A stretch of 64,000 nucleotides of DNA from Eledone cirrhosa (taxonomy: Eukaryota). Positions 1 to 13,789 of the stretch are shown here, one piece after another. A program made the position numbers and the translations under genes. The stretch covers positions 2,790,001 to 2,854,000 of the forward strand of contig OZ024743.1 in NCBI GenBank assembly GCA_964016885.1, written 5' to 3'. The notes below the pieces were generated by a model that was given only the letters and a program-made list of their open reading frames with translations, was not told the origin of the DNA and made no database searches. Position 1 is the first letter of the stretch. Every line of letters begins with the position of its first letter.

Positions 1-1826
1 TTCAATACATATTAAAGTTAACGAGATAGACTAATTCTATTTCTAACATAAAGAGGCAGTAGGTCTAAAATGTTGGAGTTAGATAACATCGTTGATTTTA
101 TTTTATTTGTGGTTGGTTTCTAAATGTATATTTTACTCTGAACAACTACATTCTTTATTAGGTACACAATAGAGATAATATTGAGGTTTTCTCATTATTA
201 GCTGGGTAAATTCTTCAGATATGTCTGTCATTAAGAATATCTGTAAAACAAACTACAATTTGGTTGGAATACTATAGCATTATTCCACCGTTGGTCAGCG
301 AGGAGACTCCAACGATACACTTCTAAAGCTGGTAAGCGGGAAACATCTTAATTTAACAAAATATATTTTCGTTATTCTATTTAAATAGCCATAGAATGGA
401 AGTGTTTCTCTATCGGTTTTTCTCTCTCATACATGGGTCATCTTTCAACGTTTGTAGAGTTAGAGAATGATGCTTCTCCCGATATGGATTATCTTTTGCT
501 ACTACAACATACACACGATCTTTTCAGAATCTATCTCTTACCATTTCTTTATATAATGTTTAGAGTTTAAATGTATAATTTAAAATATAAAAATAATTTT
601 TTTTCATTATTTATTTTCTGGAAATAAACGTCGTGTTGTTGTTTACCACCTTTATTGAACAGACTTTTAATCAAAGGCGTCCCATTCGTATTCCGTCTTT
701 CTCAGACATTGTGCAATGGACAACATTATGCAATACGCCCTAACTTGTTAAGATTTGATTTTAGAGGCATTTGGCTGCTTTTTCTACGTAAGATCATTTT
801 ACGTCTGCTTTCCGCGCTGGCATGGGTTTGACAGGTCGTTACGGTCCGAGTCAATTCTTATTTAGAGTTACTGCCTCTTAGATAAGCTGGGGATCCCATC
901 ACGCTCATGCGTTTTAATTTTGGCATATTTTCTAATCATGGATGCCCTCCCTTGCATGAACCACTTTATAGAGTGTACTGGGTGCATTTTATCTTGGTAC
1001 CAACACTAGAAAAGTCGTCATATCCTCAACAAAACTAGAGTTCTCTCTACCTTAATTGTCTCCATTCGATCTTCAAGGGAAAGTCTTAATTAAACTTATT
1101 GTCCAATTATCATCACTATTTTACACTGGTATGTGTTGGACAGGTCATCATGGTCTGAAACCAGATGGGTTAGAGTGACCTTGTCTTGTTATATTCCAAA
1201 TCTGGCGTGGTTTCTACAGCTGGATGCCCTTCCTGATGCCAACCACCATACAGAGTGGACTGGGTGCATTTTTTGTGACAGCAACACTACCACTATACTC
1301 AGTGTATGGATTGCATTTTTCGTGATAACTGCACTATCACTTTACTGGGCACATTTTATTGTAGTACCAGCATTAGAAAGGTTGCCAAGATATTTGTAAA
1401 TCAATTAGTTTCTGGGAAAAGGGGATTTACATAAAATGGATGGCTATCTCACAGGTCTATATTTTGCTTTGTTCTCCTTTCATATATATCTCATTTTTTG
1501 TGACCTATTTCTAATGAAATACACACAGTTTCATTTAATTAATGAGGGATTTAATACAATTATTTCATTACCAAGATTATCATGGTTCTTAGATGAAATT
1601 ATGTTGGAAGATTTTAATTTAAATCAATCAATCAAGTTGCCACAACTTGTGTAGCCAGTCATTGTGGTGCTACTTTAGATGCTTTCATAGTTGCCAATTG
1701 CCACTGGTTTCTATTCTCCGTCGTGTGTAGAAGGGTGTACAGGACTTTCTTTGTCGCTTCTTTGCCTTCCCTTGACTGTGTCCTGTAAGATGGTTTTAGA
1801 CAGGGAGTTGTGGCAGGATTAATTTA

Positions 1827-1980
1827 CTGTATTTCCTGGCGTCAAAGATGCTACTTTTTTCCTAAAATAAGTCCCAAAACTCTAGGCTGAAGGTTCTTTA
1901 TTATTTTTTTTCAAATTTTTGGTTGTCAAAATTAGGGTGCGTCCTTGAGGACGAAGCGTCTTCGGCGCCAGGAAATACGG
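1827..1980. mobile_element. Tc2/pogo-like (Tc1/mariner superfamily) MITE
   Basis: TIRs CTGTATTTCCTGGCGTCAAAGATGCT / AGCGTCTTCGGCGCCAGGAAATACGG flanked by TA on both sides; shorter relative at 56840-56926. Confidence 0.8.
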
Positions 1981-2104
1981 TAAATAGGAACCCTGATTTC
2001 ATTGAACCAGAGCCAGTTTGGGCCAGGTTGGTATCAAGAGGGTTAAATATTTTATTCTAAATGAGGCAGATTAAAATTGAACTAGAAAGAATCTGTTTCT
2101 TGAA

Positions 2105-2293
2105 TAATTGTTTCTACTTTTGGCACAAGGCCAGCAATTACCCAGTACATTACTGGTACTTCATTTTATCGACCCCTGTAAGGATGAAAGGCAAAGTTAA
2201 CCTCGGCGGGATTTGAACTCAGACCGTAAAGGGACGTAACTATGCTAGAAAGCATGGCGTCCAACACTCTACCGATACTGCCAGTTCACTGCC
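2105..2293 (-). mobile_element. tRNA-headed SINE family A (Meta-domain-like core)
   Basis: Minus strand has an A-box-like TGGCAGTATCGG, a B-box GAGTTCAAATC, the core AACTTTGCCTTTCATCCTTAC-GGGGTCGATAAAAT-AAGTACCAG and an (ATT)n tail. More than 12 copies in the window. Confidence 0.8.
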
Positions 2294-2839
2294 CTGTTTC
2301 TTGAATAATGTTATTGGGGAGGAGGGGTACATCACTTAATCTTTCATGGAAAAGGTTAAAGTAATTCAAGTTTTCTCAGTGACAAAATCCAATGTAACGC
2401 ATGACATTGGGAGTAGACCAAGGAGCTGTATTAGGATCAGTCGTTTTTCATCATCATTTAACATCTACTTCCCTTGTTATCAAAGGTTGGGCAGGTCATT
2501 ACAGACTAAGTCAGTACTTAATCAGAGCTACTGATCTCTTAGACAGGCTGGGGGTCTCCCACCTCACATACATTCTCACACTCTGCAAATGCACTGGATG
2601 CATTTTATTGTGGTACCTGCACTATGGAGGTTGTCATGACTTTGACACTACTGGAGAGTCCACCTGACCCTTAGTTTGCTCAACCAACCATTTTACAACT
2701 TTGACTTCAAATCACCAACCACCTTACAGATTGTGATGGGTGCATTTATCATGTATTATTTGATTGAAAAAAGTAAACAGAAATAACAAAGCAAACAACA
2801 CATTACAATGAAGAAATATATAAGTTTAAGGCTTGATTC

Positions 2840-3200
2840 TCATCATCATCACCGTTTTATGTCCATTTTTCCACACTAGCATGGGTTAGATGAGTTGTCT
2901 TGTGGGCAATACTAGGTCAGGTGACCTTGTCTTGCACATACAGAACTGATTTACGCTTGGTTTCTACAGCTGGATGCCCTTTCTAACGCCAACCTCATTT
3001 ACAGTGTGTCCTGGGTGCGTTTTGTTGTGACCCTACATGATCATTTTACAGTGTTGACTGGATGCTTTTTGTTGTACCACCTACAGGACCACTTTATAGT
3101 GTGGGCTGGGCGCTTTTGCCATACACGACTACTATACAGTGTGGACTGGGTCCTTTTTGTCATGACACCTATACAACCAATTTACAGTGTGGGCTGGAGA
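2840..3200 (-). mobile_element. RTE-dependent SINE-like element with tandem ~48-bp body units
   Basis: (GAT)n tail, RTE-type 3' stem-loop, GAAGGGCATCCAGCTGTAGAAAC motif and repeated CACACTGTAAAGTGG units. Confidence 0.7.
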
Positions 3201-3744
3201 TACATATATATCCGATACTATGGGCATGTGGTTAGAATGCCTCAGGGAAGAATCGCTGGACAGATTTTATGGGCAAAACTAACTGGCAAGAGACCTAGGG
3301 GTAGACCCTGAGCAAGATGGTTGGATAACATCCATGAGCTTGGCTGGTTGCGATTGGGGACCCAGCCGTATCAGTTGGAGACTGAGTACCTACGAAAACA
3401 TGCTTCGTTGCCATGTATTTTAAGTTATATATATATATATCATTGCTGTTTAATGTCTATTTTCCATGCTTGCATGGGTGATATGGGTTGCCACATACTG
3501 GGGCTAGATTGGTCAGGTAACTTTATCTTGCTTGTATATTTGTTGGTTTCTAAGGCTGTGGAAGAATTTGACAAGGATGGTAACACCTAAAAACATTAAA
3601 CCCATTCATTACCATATTTCTACAAGCACCCTAAACAAAAAATTATGTATGTATATATATATATATATTTATTTAAATATCATCATCATCATCGTTTAAC
3701 GTCTACCTTCCACGCTAGCATGGGTTAGACGGGAGCATGGGTTA

Positions 3745-4140
3745 TATATAGTTGTGAAACATGGGCAGTGGCTGCAGAAGACATATGTAGACTGAGAGAA
3801 ATGAAGCAGCCATGCTCCATTGGCTGTGCAATGTAAATGTGTGAGAAAGGTAGAGCTTTGATGAACTGAGGGAGAAACTGGATTTAAGAAGAATCCGAGG
3901 TGGTGTGCAGGACATGTGATGCGCATGGATGATGGTTGATGGGTGAAAAAGAGCCAGGAAATGCCAGTGGAAGGAAGCTGGAGTAGAGGTAGACCAAAAA
4001 ACACGTGGGCAGATGTGGTGAGACTTAGCTTCAAATCACTGAGACTCACAGAGATGACCAAGGAATGCGGCTAGTGGAGAGATGCTGTGCTGAAAAAGAT
4101 CTGTCTAACTCATTCAAGCATAGTAAAATGGATGTAAAAA
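3745..4140 (+). mobile_element. RTE LINE 3' fragment
   Basis: Degenerate copy of 11060-11480 (ETWAVAAED...GRPKNTWADVVR). Confidence 0.8.
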
Positions 4141-4574
4141 CAATATATACACATACATACATTTTTTTTTTTCCATTCAGGGGACTTCATTAGAAATATC
4201 GTAATGAATGGGTTAATGTTTTCAGATGTTACCATTCCTGTCAAACTATTCCAAATATTTACTAATAAACTTTTTTATTACTTCTTCACTCTGAACATCC
4301 AATAATAATTTAGCAGAAAATATCTAAATACAGGTTTGTTATTTCAAATACTTATAGTATCTTTACCACTGAACAGATTGTTGTGAAAATTTGTAATATT
4401 TGAGTAAACCCTTTCATTTTTAATGTGATGCAGTCATAGTGTTGTTTTGAACTTTTCAAGAATGCCTTACTAATGTGGCTTTATGTGGTTTGCTAATTCA
4501 AATGTTTATAGTATCCTTACTAGCAAATGGATTGTGAAGATTTGCCGTATTAGAGTAATGACTTTTAAATTTAA

Positions 4575-4795
4575 CCCTTTAGCATTTACATTACTCTATA
4601 TTTACTATTATATTTTCATGGTAAAGGCTTTATCTTACATAATTATCTCACATAATATCAAAGATATGAGATTTTGATGTTATTTATTTTGAGAACAATA
4701 CCTTAATGTAGGTATGAGTGGCCGGTTACAGCCAGTTTAAACAGAAAGAGGTGAGAGAATTCTGGCTGGATACGACCGGTTTAAATGCTAAAGGA
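4575..4795. mobile_element. piggyBac-like MITE
   Basis: TTAA|CCCTTTAGCATTTA...TAAATGCTAAAGGA|TTAA; five copies in the window. Confidence 0.85.
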
Positions 4796-5446
4796 TTAAT
4801 CTCATGCAGTCACAGTGCTTTTTTTATACTTTTCAAGAATGTCTTTCTAATTCGGTTTCATGTGGTACAGGACATTAAGAATTAAACTAAATGTTTCCTT
4901 CCTCCAGTTTGTAGTTAATATCCTCAGGTGTAAGTTTGTCCTATATTTTTACCAAAGCCCTCTCTCCCACCAGATGTAAATAAAGCTACATAAATCCTCT
5001 ACATAGTGTTTATATACTAGTTTGTATATTTCCAATATACCATCTCTGACTCATTTCTATCTCAAGCTTGGTAATTTGAGTTTTTTCAATCTTTCTAGCT
5101 GTGTCAGGAAGTTGTGAAATAACTCCTATTTATGAAAATTCAATTTCTCGTGGTTTCTTCATTACAAGAGACTCCAGTTTTGAGTTGCAATATCTAAATG
5201 GGATCTTCCATACATTTATAAAAAGCTATATGTGCCTCCATATTTAACTGTTTGAAGGTTCTTAAACTTACCATTGCATTTTTATACACACACGCATACA
5301 GACATGAGTTGGTGTGCCTGTGTTATCATATACCATAATCAATATTACTGTTTTACATGAACGTGTGTGTGTGTGTATGTGTATATATGAGTATGTATAT
5401 TATATATATATATATGTGTGTGTATATATCTATGAGTATATATATA

Positions 5447-8014
5447 CTGTGACGGCTATGACGGAATCCATGGAGGCTATGGGTTTGGTACTAGAAATGA
5501 GGAAGGCTCCAGAATCCTGGAATTCTGTGACGCAAATAATCTATCTGTAACACAAACTTCAATAAACGAGACAATCACTTGATCACCTATAGATCAGGGG
5601 AACACGCCAGTCAGATAGATTATATCCTTACCAGAAGACGAGACAGAGTGTCTGTTGTAAACATTAAATCCCTCCCCTATGAAGAATGCACCTCCCAACA
5701 TAGCCTCATAGTTAGCGACCTCATAGTCAGGACGAGACGTATTCGACAAGAGGAGGACTATCCTTAGGAGAAAAATATGGAAGTTAAAGGACCCCACAGC
5801 CAGTAATAAATTTAAAAGCATATTGATGCTTTTGACAGTAAGGAAGAGCATTTAGAGTCGTACAATATAGAGGAACAGTGGGAATTCCTGAAAGCTAACC
5901 TGCTGATGGCGGCAGATGAAATCTGTGGCTGGAGCAGACCTATAGGCAGGAGGAGAGTAACTTGGTGGTGGAACAGTAAGGTGGAGGAGTCGATCAAGGC
6001 CAAAAAGCAGGCTTGGAAAGTATGGCGGGATGGGGGAAGTAGAAAAGACTATCAAGTGGCCAGGAGGGAAGCTAGGAGACAAGTGAAGGGAAGCAGAGGA
6101 AAGAAAGTTCAAGCATGTTCTACAACGCGAGGACCAAAAACGTGAGGTGTTCAGGATTGCTAGGCAATGTGTCAAGGAGAATTGTGATATTGTCGGGGAG
6201 AAGTGTGTCCGTAATGATGATGGTGTACTTGCCATCACTGATGCTGATAAGAAGGTAGCTTGGAAGTGTCATTACGAAAGGCTACTAAATGAGGAGAATA
6301 AATGGGAGAAAGACAGCCACAGCCTCCCCCACATCAATCCAATAGAGGGACCAGCAGTGCAAGTTGAAGGTAGTATAATAAGTAAGGCAATCAAAGATAT
6401 GAAGACGGGCAAGGCGGCTGGGCCTTCGGAAATAGTTGCTGAAATGCTGAAAGCATCTGGAACGGTGGGACACACTATGGTCACCCAGATAGTAAACCAA
6501 GTTATACAGAATGGGGTTGTACCAAAGGACTGGCGTAGCAGCATCATCATTAACTGCTACAAGGGTAAAGGAGATGCCCTAGATAGGGGAAACTATAGAG
6601 GCATTAAATTAATTGACCAGGTCATGGTCACAGAAAAAGTAATAGTGCAACTAATCAGAGAGCGAATTGATCTAGATGAAATGCAGTTCGGGTTTGTGTC
6701 AGGTAAAAGTACCATAGACGCTCTTTTCATTGTACGACAACTACAGGAGAAGTACCTAGCTAAAAGTAAACCCCCTCTACTTAGCTTTTGTAGACCTGGA
6801 GAAAGCCTTTGACAGAGCCCCCGCTCCATTATCTGGTGGGCTCTTAGAAAACTAGGTGTTGATGAATGGCTTGTGAGAGCTATTCAAGCCATGTATAAAG
6901 AAACAGTCAGCAAGGTTAGAATTAACAACGAATATAGTGAAGAGTTTAGTGTAAAAGTTGGTGTTCATCAGGGCTCCGTCCTTAGGCCCCTCCTATTTAT
7001 TATCACCCTCCAAGCTATAACGGAGGAGTTCAAGACCGGCTGCCCATGGGAACTCCTATACGCAGACGATCTAATGCTCATAGCCGAATCAATGGCTGAA
7101 CTACAGAAGAAATTCCAAACATGGAAGCATGGCCTAGAATCAAAGGCCTTAAAGTTAACTTGTCTCAGACTAAAGTCCTAATATGTAGGAAGGAGAATAG
7201 GGCACTGGTCCCATCTGGGAAATGGCCATGCTCAGTGTGTAGGAAAAGAGTAGGCAGAAACTCCATTTTATGTCCCAAATGCAAAGTATGGGTGCATAAA
7301 AGATGTAGTATGATCACAGGTAAGCTAACTATGAATATAGATTTTATATATGGCCGGTGCTCTGGTGCAATAAGTAACAGCAAATGCCCACAGAATACTA
7401 ACTCATTCCATTGCCCAGATGGTTCTATAGAAATAGTGGACACCTTCTGTTACCTGGGTGACAAAATCAGCAGTGGTAGAGGGTGCTCCGAAAGTACTGT
7501 AGCTAGTCTCCGAATGGGATGGAAAAAGTTCAGAGAGCTTATACCACTATTGTCCGCTAAAGGTTTATCTCTAAAAATAAAAGGCAGGCTGTATGATGCC
7601 TGCATACGAACAGCGATGTTACATGGCAGTGAGACATGGGCATTGTGTGCAGAGGATCTACGCAGACTGGAGAGGAATGAAGCTTGCATACTCCGTTGGA
7701 TGTGTAATAGTAATATACGCGAACGGCAAAGCATAAATGAACTAAGTGAGAAATTAGGAATAAGAGGGATCAGATGCTGTTTACTCGAGAGAAGACTACG
7801 TTGGTATGGTCACGTGATGTGCATGAAAGATGACAGCTGTATAAAAAAGTGCAGGGCAATCAAAATAGACGGTAGCTACGGAGTAGGCAGACCCAGAAAA
7901 ACCTGGGACGACTTGATAAAATCCGACCTCACACACTTACACCTCTCTAAGACAATGTCACTGGACTGGGATCTTTGGCGCTACGTAGTAATACAGAAGG
8001 CCCGCCTTACCTAA
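5447..8014 (+). mobile_element. RTE-clade LINE, 5'-truncated and frameshifted (APE C-terminal part, RT with PHD finger)
   Basis: ORF pieces with HGGYGFGTRN, SQIDYIL, KGKGDALDRGNYRGIKL, QFGF, GVHQGSVL, YADD, FCYLG and RRLRWYGHV; several frameshifts. Confidence 0.95.
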
Positions 8015-8345
8015 GTACAAAGCGAAACCTACAGTCAGTAGGCACCTCTTAACCAAAATACACACCCGTCCCACTAACCCTACCCCCACCGCCATCTACA
8101 CCACCCCTTTCGATGTAAAGCTATGTTAATACCACAACATCCAGTCCTAAATAAATGTTGTGTAGGTGTCACAACAAAAAAAACACAGTCCACGCTGTAA
8201 TGTGGCCGTGTAGGTAACACGGTAAAAACCTCCCAGTCCACACTGTAAATGTGGTTGGTGTTAGGAAGGGCATCCAGCCGTAGAAAACCCACCAGACAGT
8301 CCTATACGAGCATGACAACCAATCTTGCCTCAAGTGGGACAATTA
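8010..8345 (+). mobile_element. Headless RTE-dependent short element (family H), copy lacking its 3' tail
   Basis: Aligns by eye with 15835-16212 and with the reverse complement of 51431-51829; all three start at CCTAA. Confidence 0.75.
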
Positions 8346-8349
8346 CTCT

Positions 8350-11300
8350 CTAGTGCTGGTGGCACAAATAAAAGCACTCAGTCCATGCTGTAAAGTGGCG
8401 CTGGTGTTAGGAAGGGCATACAACCAGTGAATCAATGCCGAAACGCTTATCAGCACAGCAACAAATAGGAACAACAACAAAATATGAAGACATCGCATCT
8501 CAGAGTTGCAACACTTAATGTTGGCACTCTCAGAGGTAGATCTGCTGAAATAGCGGAGATGCTGGAGAGAAGGCATGTGGAAGAGGTGAGATGGAGAGGT
8601 GCTTCTGCGAGACTAGTCGTAGGCAAACATCTTAACTATAAGCTTTTCTGTGTAGGTAAGGATGATGGGTTAGGGGGAGTAGGCATTTTCTTGGCTGAGA
8701 GATGGATCAATAAGACAATAGAGGTAGTTCGAGTTGGTAATCGAATAATTAAGCTTAGATTAGTTGTAGGCAGGAGACTACTGACAATCATCTCTGCCTA
8801 TGCTCCCCAAGCAGGCCTAGGCAAAGAAGAGAAAGACTGCTTTTACGAGCAACTTTTACAAACAACCGCAATGACAGAAGACGGAGACATCGTTATGCTA
8901 TCAGGGGACTTCAATGGTCATGTTGGACAGCTCCAGGATGGTTACACTGGGGTACATGGTGGGCACGGTTACAGCTCAAGAAATGGAGTGAGACTCCTTG
9001 AATTTTGTGATGCAAGTATACTGACTATTTGCAACACTAACTTCCAGAAACCTGCCAACCACCTAATAACCTACAAATCTGGCGAGCACATAAGCCAGAT
9101 TGACTTCTTACTAGTTAGGCAGCAGGACAGGCAGATAGTGTCTAATACCAAGGCATACCCTGGGGAAGAATGTACCCCACAGCATAGGTTAGTCGTTAGT
9201 GATATCTCCATAAGCAAGAGATGGTATGAGACATACAGGAAGGTGTGGAGAAGTAAGGTCTGGAAGCTAAAAGACCTTTCACTAAAATACAAATTTAGGA
9301 AAGCCCTTCAAGATGTATATGACGAAAAAGAAGACGATTTAGAGACGTATGACATAGATAATAACTGGAATTTCTTGCGTGACAACTTACTGCAGGCTAC
9401 TGATGAAACTTGTGGCTGGAGCAGAACTCCAACCAGACAGAGAGTGACCTGGTGGTGGAACAACACGGTAGATAAGGCCATTAGAGACAAAAGACTAGCA
9501 TGGAAGGCTTGGAAAAAGGGTGGGAGTAGAGAAGGATATACAGCTGCTAAGAGAGAAGCTAGACGTCGGATGTACTTAGCACGCAGGGAGGCTGAGAGTA
9601 GGAGGTTTGCCAATGTTCTGCGACAGGAAGATCAGAGGCGTGTAGTGTTCCATATTGCAAGGCAGTGTGTCAATGCAAATCAGGATGTTGTTAGAGATAA
9701 ATGTGTCTGGAATGATGCCGGTGTACTTAGTGTCACGAATGATCAGAAAAAGGAGGCCTGGAAATGTCATTATGAGAGACTGATGAATGTGGAGAACGAA
9801 TGGGTAAGAGAGAAATCACCCTCAGTAGATCTGACAGAGGGACCAGCTATTGAGATTGACGAATATAGGGTCCAAGAAGCGATTAAGGAAATGAAAAATG
9901 GTAAGGCTGCTGGACCATTGAGGATAGTTGCTGAGATGCTGAAGGCATCAGGGGACGTAGGCACTAAACTGGTTGCACGCATCATCAATCAGGCTATATA
10001 TGGTGGTGTCATACCCAAAGACTGGTGCAGTTGTAGGGGTATAAAACTGATGGATCAGGTTATGAAAGTGGCAGAAAGGATATTAGCACAACTAATTAGA
10101 GAAAGGGTCAAACTAGATGAGATGCAGTTTGGTTTTGTGCCTGGGAAAAGAACAACAGATGCCCTCTTCTTGGTGAGACAATTACAAGAGAGGTTCTTAG
10201 AGAAAAATAAACCACTATACTTAGCCTTTGTTGACATAGAGAAGGCCTTTGATAGGGTACCCCGATCTGTCATCTGGTGGTCCCTAAGGAAACTAGGTGT
10301 TGAGGAATGGCTTGTGAGGACAGGCAAACTTTGTACAGAGGTACTGTCAGTAAAGTCAGAGTAGGAATGGAGTTTAGTGAGGAATTCCAGATACAAGTAG
10401 GAGTACATCAAGGTTTGGTCCTCAGCCCACTCTTGTTCATTATAGTCCTCCAAGCCATAACAGGGGAGTTTAAGACTGGCTGTCCATGGGAACTTCTCTA
10501 TGCTGACGATCTGGTTCTTATAGCAGAATAAGTAGAGGAGCTAGAGAATAAATTCTGGCCATGGAAACAGCAGTTGGAAGCAAGAGGACTGAGAGTGAAC
10601 CTAGCTAAGATAAAAGTGTTGATGAGTAGAAAAGAGGACAAAACTCTGATTCCGTCAGGGAAATGGCCATGTTCGATATGCAGAAAAGGAACTGGCATAA
10701 ATTCTATAAAATGCACACAATGCAGCTCCTGGGTACACAAGAGATGTAGCGGGATAGCAGGCAAACTAACAGGTAGGGAGATATATGTATGCAGTAGATG
10801 TACAGGGAAATTAGACAGTAGAAGTCGCATTGATAGACACATTTTTCAAATGCAGGAGGGCGCTATAGAAGTGGTGGATAGCTTCCGGTACCTAGGCGAT
10901 CAGATTAGCATGGGAGGGGGGTGTTCCGAGGCCATAGTATCTAGAATAAGGATGGGTTGGAAGAAGTTTAGTGAGCTGCTTCTTCTGCTGACGAAGAAGG
11001 GTTTCTCCCTGCGTATGAAAGGCCAATTATATGATGCCTGTGTGAGGAGCGCGATGCTGCATGGTAGTGAGACATGGGCAGCAACTGCAGAGGATATGTG
11101 ACGGCTGGAGAGAAATGAGGCAAGCATGCCCCATTGGATGTGCAATGTCAATGTGCGTGAATGACCCAGCATGAATGTGTTGAGAGAGAAACTGTTTCTG
11201 AGAGGGATAGAATGTAGTGTGCAAGAGAGGAGACTGAGGTGGTATGGACATGTGATGCGCATGGAGGATGACCGATGGGTGAAGAAGTGCCAGGAAATGC

Positions 11301-11500
11301 CAGTTGAAGGAAGATGTGGTAGAGGTAGACCACGAAAAACATGGGCAGAGGTGGTGAGAACAGACCTCAGATCGCTGAAGCTCACGGTGGAGATGACGAA
11401 GGACCATGACAATTGGAGAGATGCTGTGCTGAATAAGACCCGTCCCACCCTTGCAAGCAGGGAAAAGCGGACGTAAAATGATGATGATGATGATGATTAT
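8350..11500 (+). mobile_element. Near full-length RTE-clade LINE (APE endonuclease + RT + PHD finger), inactivated
   Basis: 626-aa ORF 8484-10364 with ATLNVGTL, SAYAPQ, GDFNGHVG, SQIDF, PQHRLV, QFGF and DIEKAFDRV; continues across frameshifts and stops (YADD, FRYLG, RRLRWYGHV); ends in a stem-loop plus (GAT)n tail. Confidence 0.95.
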
Positions 11501-11929
11501 GTTTCAAGTCTTTCAACCATCAATTACCATGGCGTATTATTATGGTTGATGATATTGCAATGATTAGACGAGATTAGAGAAATATTGATAAATATTTCTT
11601 TCAATGAAAAGAAAAGACAATGAAGTCGAAGATACAAACATTGAAATTGAATTATATTTTGTGACATTTATCTTATTCTGTATTTGAATATAGCACCTTA
11701 CTCAAACATCTAAGTGGTTATAAGATAGCTGTTGATTTGACTGAGTGACTTTACTGCTAAATAATAAATTAATTTTTATTCTTTTGGAATGAATTTATTT
11801 TAATAGAATGCATACAAATAAACTGTTTTATATAAAAACAGAAATAATTATGGGAGTACACATGCACTCTCAATCACGTGCCAAAACAAGAGGTACTGGA
11901 GTTACGCTCTAATAATGTTTGAGGTAAGT

Positions 11930-12460
11930 CAACACACCCACAGCATTGTTTTGCTAATGTCACTGGAATAACCAAGCACCAAAAAGTTTGCCGCTAATTT
12001 TTGGTAATTTGGAATTTTATTCCGTTTGGCTATGGATGCAGTGACCCTCACCTTTACTGCACCATCCATGATGTGGGAAGGAACAAAAGAGTAGCTGACT
12101 CTGGTGTCTCAATGAGACATTTACTTCTTGCCCAGGGGCAAAGAATAAGACCATTTGGCCTCTTCTCATTAACCCTGGACAATCCTGCTGGCTCCAGAAT
12201 TGAAGGAATATTGACTTGAGACAGGACCTACTTTATAATTAAGTTGAGCTCAGTATGGCGAGCAAAGAGACCTACATTGATTCGGCAAGACAACCCACGA
12301 AAACCCATGGGGTCAAAGGACTTGCTATTACATTTCAATTCCCCACAGATATTGGTTCCCATTCAATGGTGATGAGGAGCTCATCCAGACTACATAGGCC
12401 ATAGATGTTGGCCACAAGCAAAGCATCAACCCTAATCTCCCAGAAGTTGGCACTCTATTT
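11930..12460 (-). mobile_element. CRE-like non-LTR retrotransposon fragment (Zn knuckle remnant + REL endonuclease)
   Basis: Hand translation GFRGLSCRINVGLFARHTELNLIIK*VLSQVNIPSILEPAGLSRVNEKRPNGLILCPWARSKCLI matches the RH...EP.GL.R..KRPDG...PW pattern of REL domains. Confidence 0.7.
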
Positions 12461-12848
12461 TAAGTGAGAAGTTTGGAAAGGAAAAAAAAAAAAAATGTGT
12501 GGAGATATTTTTTGTTCTATAATTAGTGACTGTGTCAACTTTAGATTTTAAAATTTGCTATAGAATAGCCTCTGTAAGACCTGAAAGAGGTTGGAACACT
12601 GTTATTGTGACACAGTGGTGGAGTCCATCAGTCATGCACTTATCTGTTTTAGACTCTCACCTCACCCACAAATAGTTTTTTTTTTGTTGTTGTTGATCAT
12701 ATTAGTCTAATTTGGTGGGGGAAGGTGGAGTCTTTCACAACATTACATCTGCGCATATATCATCATCGTCATCACCACTCTCACGTGTCTGTTTATTTAT
12801 ATAACCATACCACCTTTTACAATTGAAGGACAAATACCTCATAACATG

Positions 12849-12849
12849 T

Positions 12850-12880
<31 letters not shown>

Positions 12881-12882
12881 AC

Positions 12883-12943
<61 letters not shown>

Positions 12944-13010
12944 TCGTGTGTGTGTATATATATATATGTGTGTGTGTGTATATATATGTTTATGTATATA
13001 TACATATATT
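12849..13010. repeat. (TG)n/(TA)n compound microsatellite
   Basis: Directly visible. Confidence 0.95.
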
Positions 13011-13789
13011 AGTTTCTATAAGAAATAAGTTATGAAGAAATAAGTTATGAAGTTACAGCTGCTGTAGGAATTACGTATTTTCATAGACACAGATATTTCA
13101 ATAATCTTTACAATGCAAGTGTTAATGTGTCTAGCAGTACCCAGATATTATTCTCTGTATATTAACAGAATAGTAGTAGTGGTGGTGGTGGTGGTAGTAG
13201 TAGTAGTATATCTAACAGAGACATAAAAACTATTGATTTGCAGAGAGAGGGTGTGGTGGGGGATAGAAACAATTGTTTATATCAACCCTAATAAATGACT
13301 TCTACTTATTTAACTCTCACCATCCTGTACCACATGAAACCACATTAGCAAGACATTTTTGTAAAGTCCAAAACAGCATTATGATTGCCTCACATTAAAT
13401 ATTAATGTCTTTACTCTAATAGTGTAAGTTTTCACAATAATCTATCTGCAAGTAAAGATACTATAAACATTTGAATTAACAAACTACATGAAGCTATATT
13501 AGCAAAACATTCTTGAAAAGTATAAACCATAACTATGACTGCTTCACCTTAAAAACTAACATTTTTACTTTAGTATATTGTAAATTTTCACAACAATCTG
13601 TCCAGTTGTAAAGATACTGTAAACATTTGAATTAACAAATCTGTTTTTAGATATTTTCTGCTAAATCATTACCTGGATGTTAAGAGATAATCCTGCAAAT
13701 TTTCAGAATGATCTGTCCACTGGTAAAGACATATTTTCTGCTAAATTATTGAGATAATATGGTAAATTTATAGAAAGACACCCCTACCA

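Noticed and set aside
8484-10364. 626-aa ORF as an intact host gene or active LINE ORF
   Set aside because: It is an RTE polyprotein with small deletions in conserved motifs, a frameshift before YADD and downstream stops, so it is inactive.
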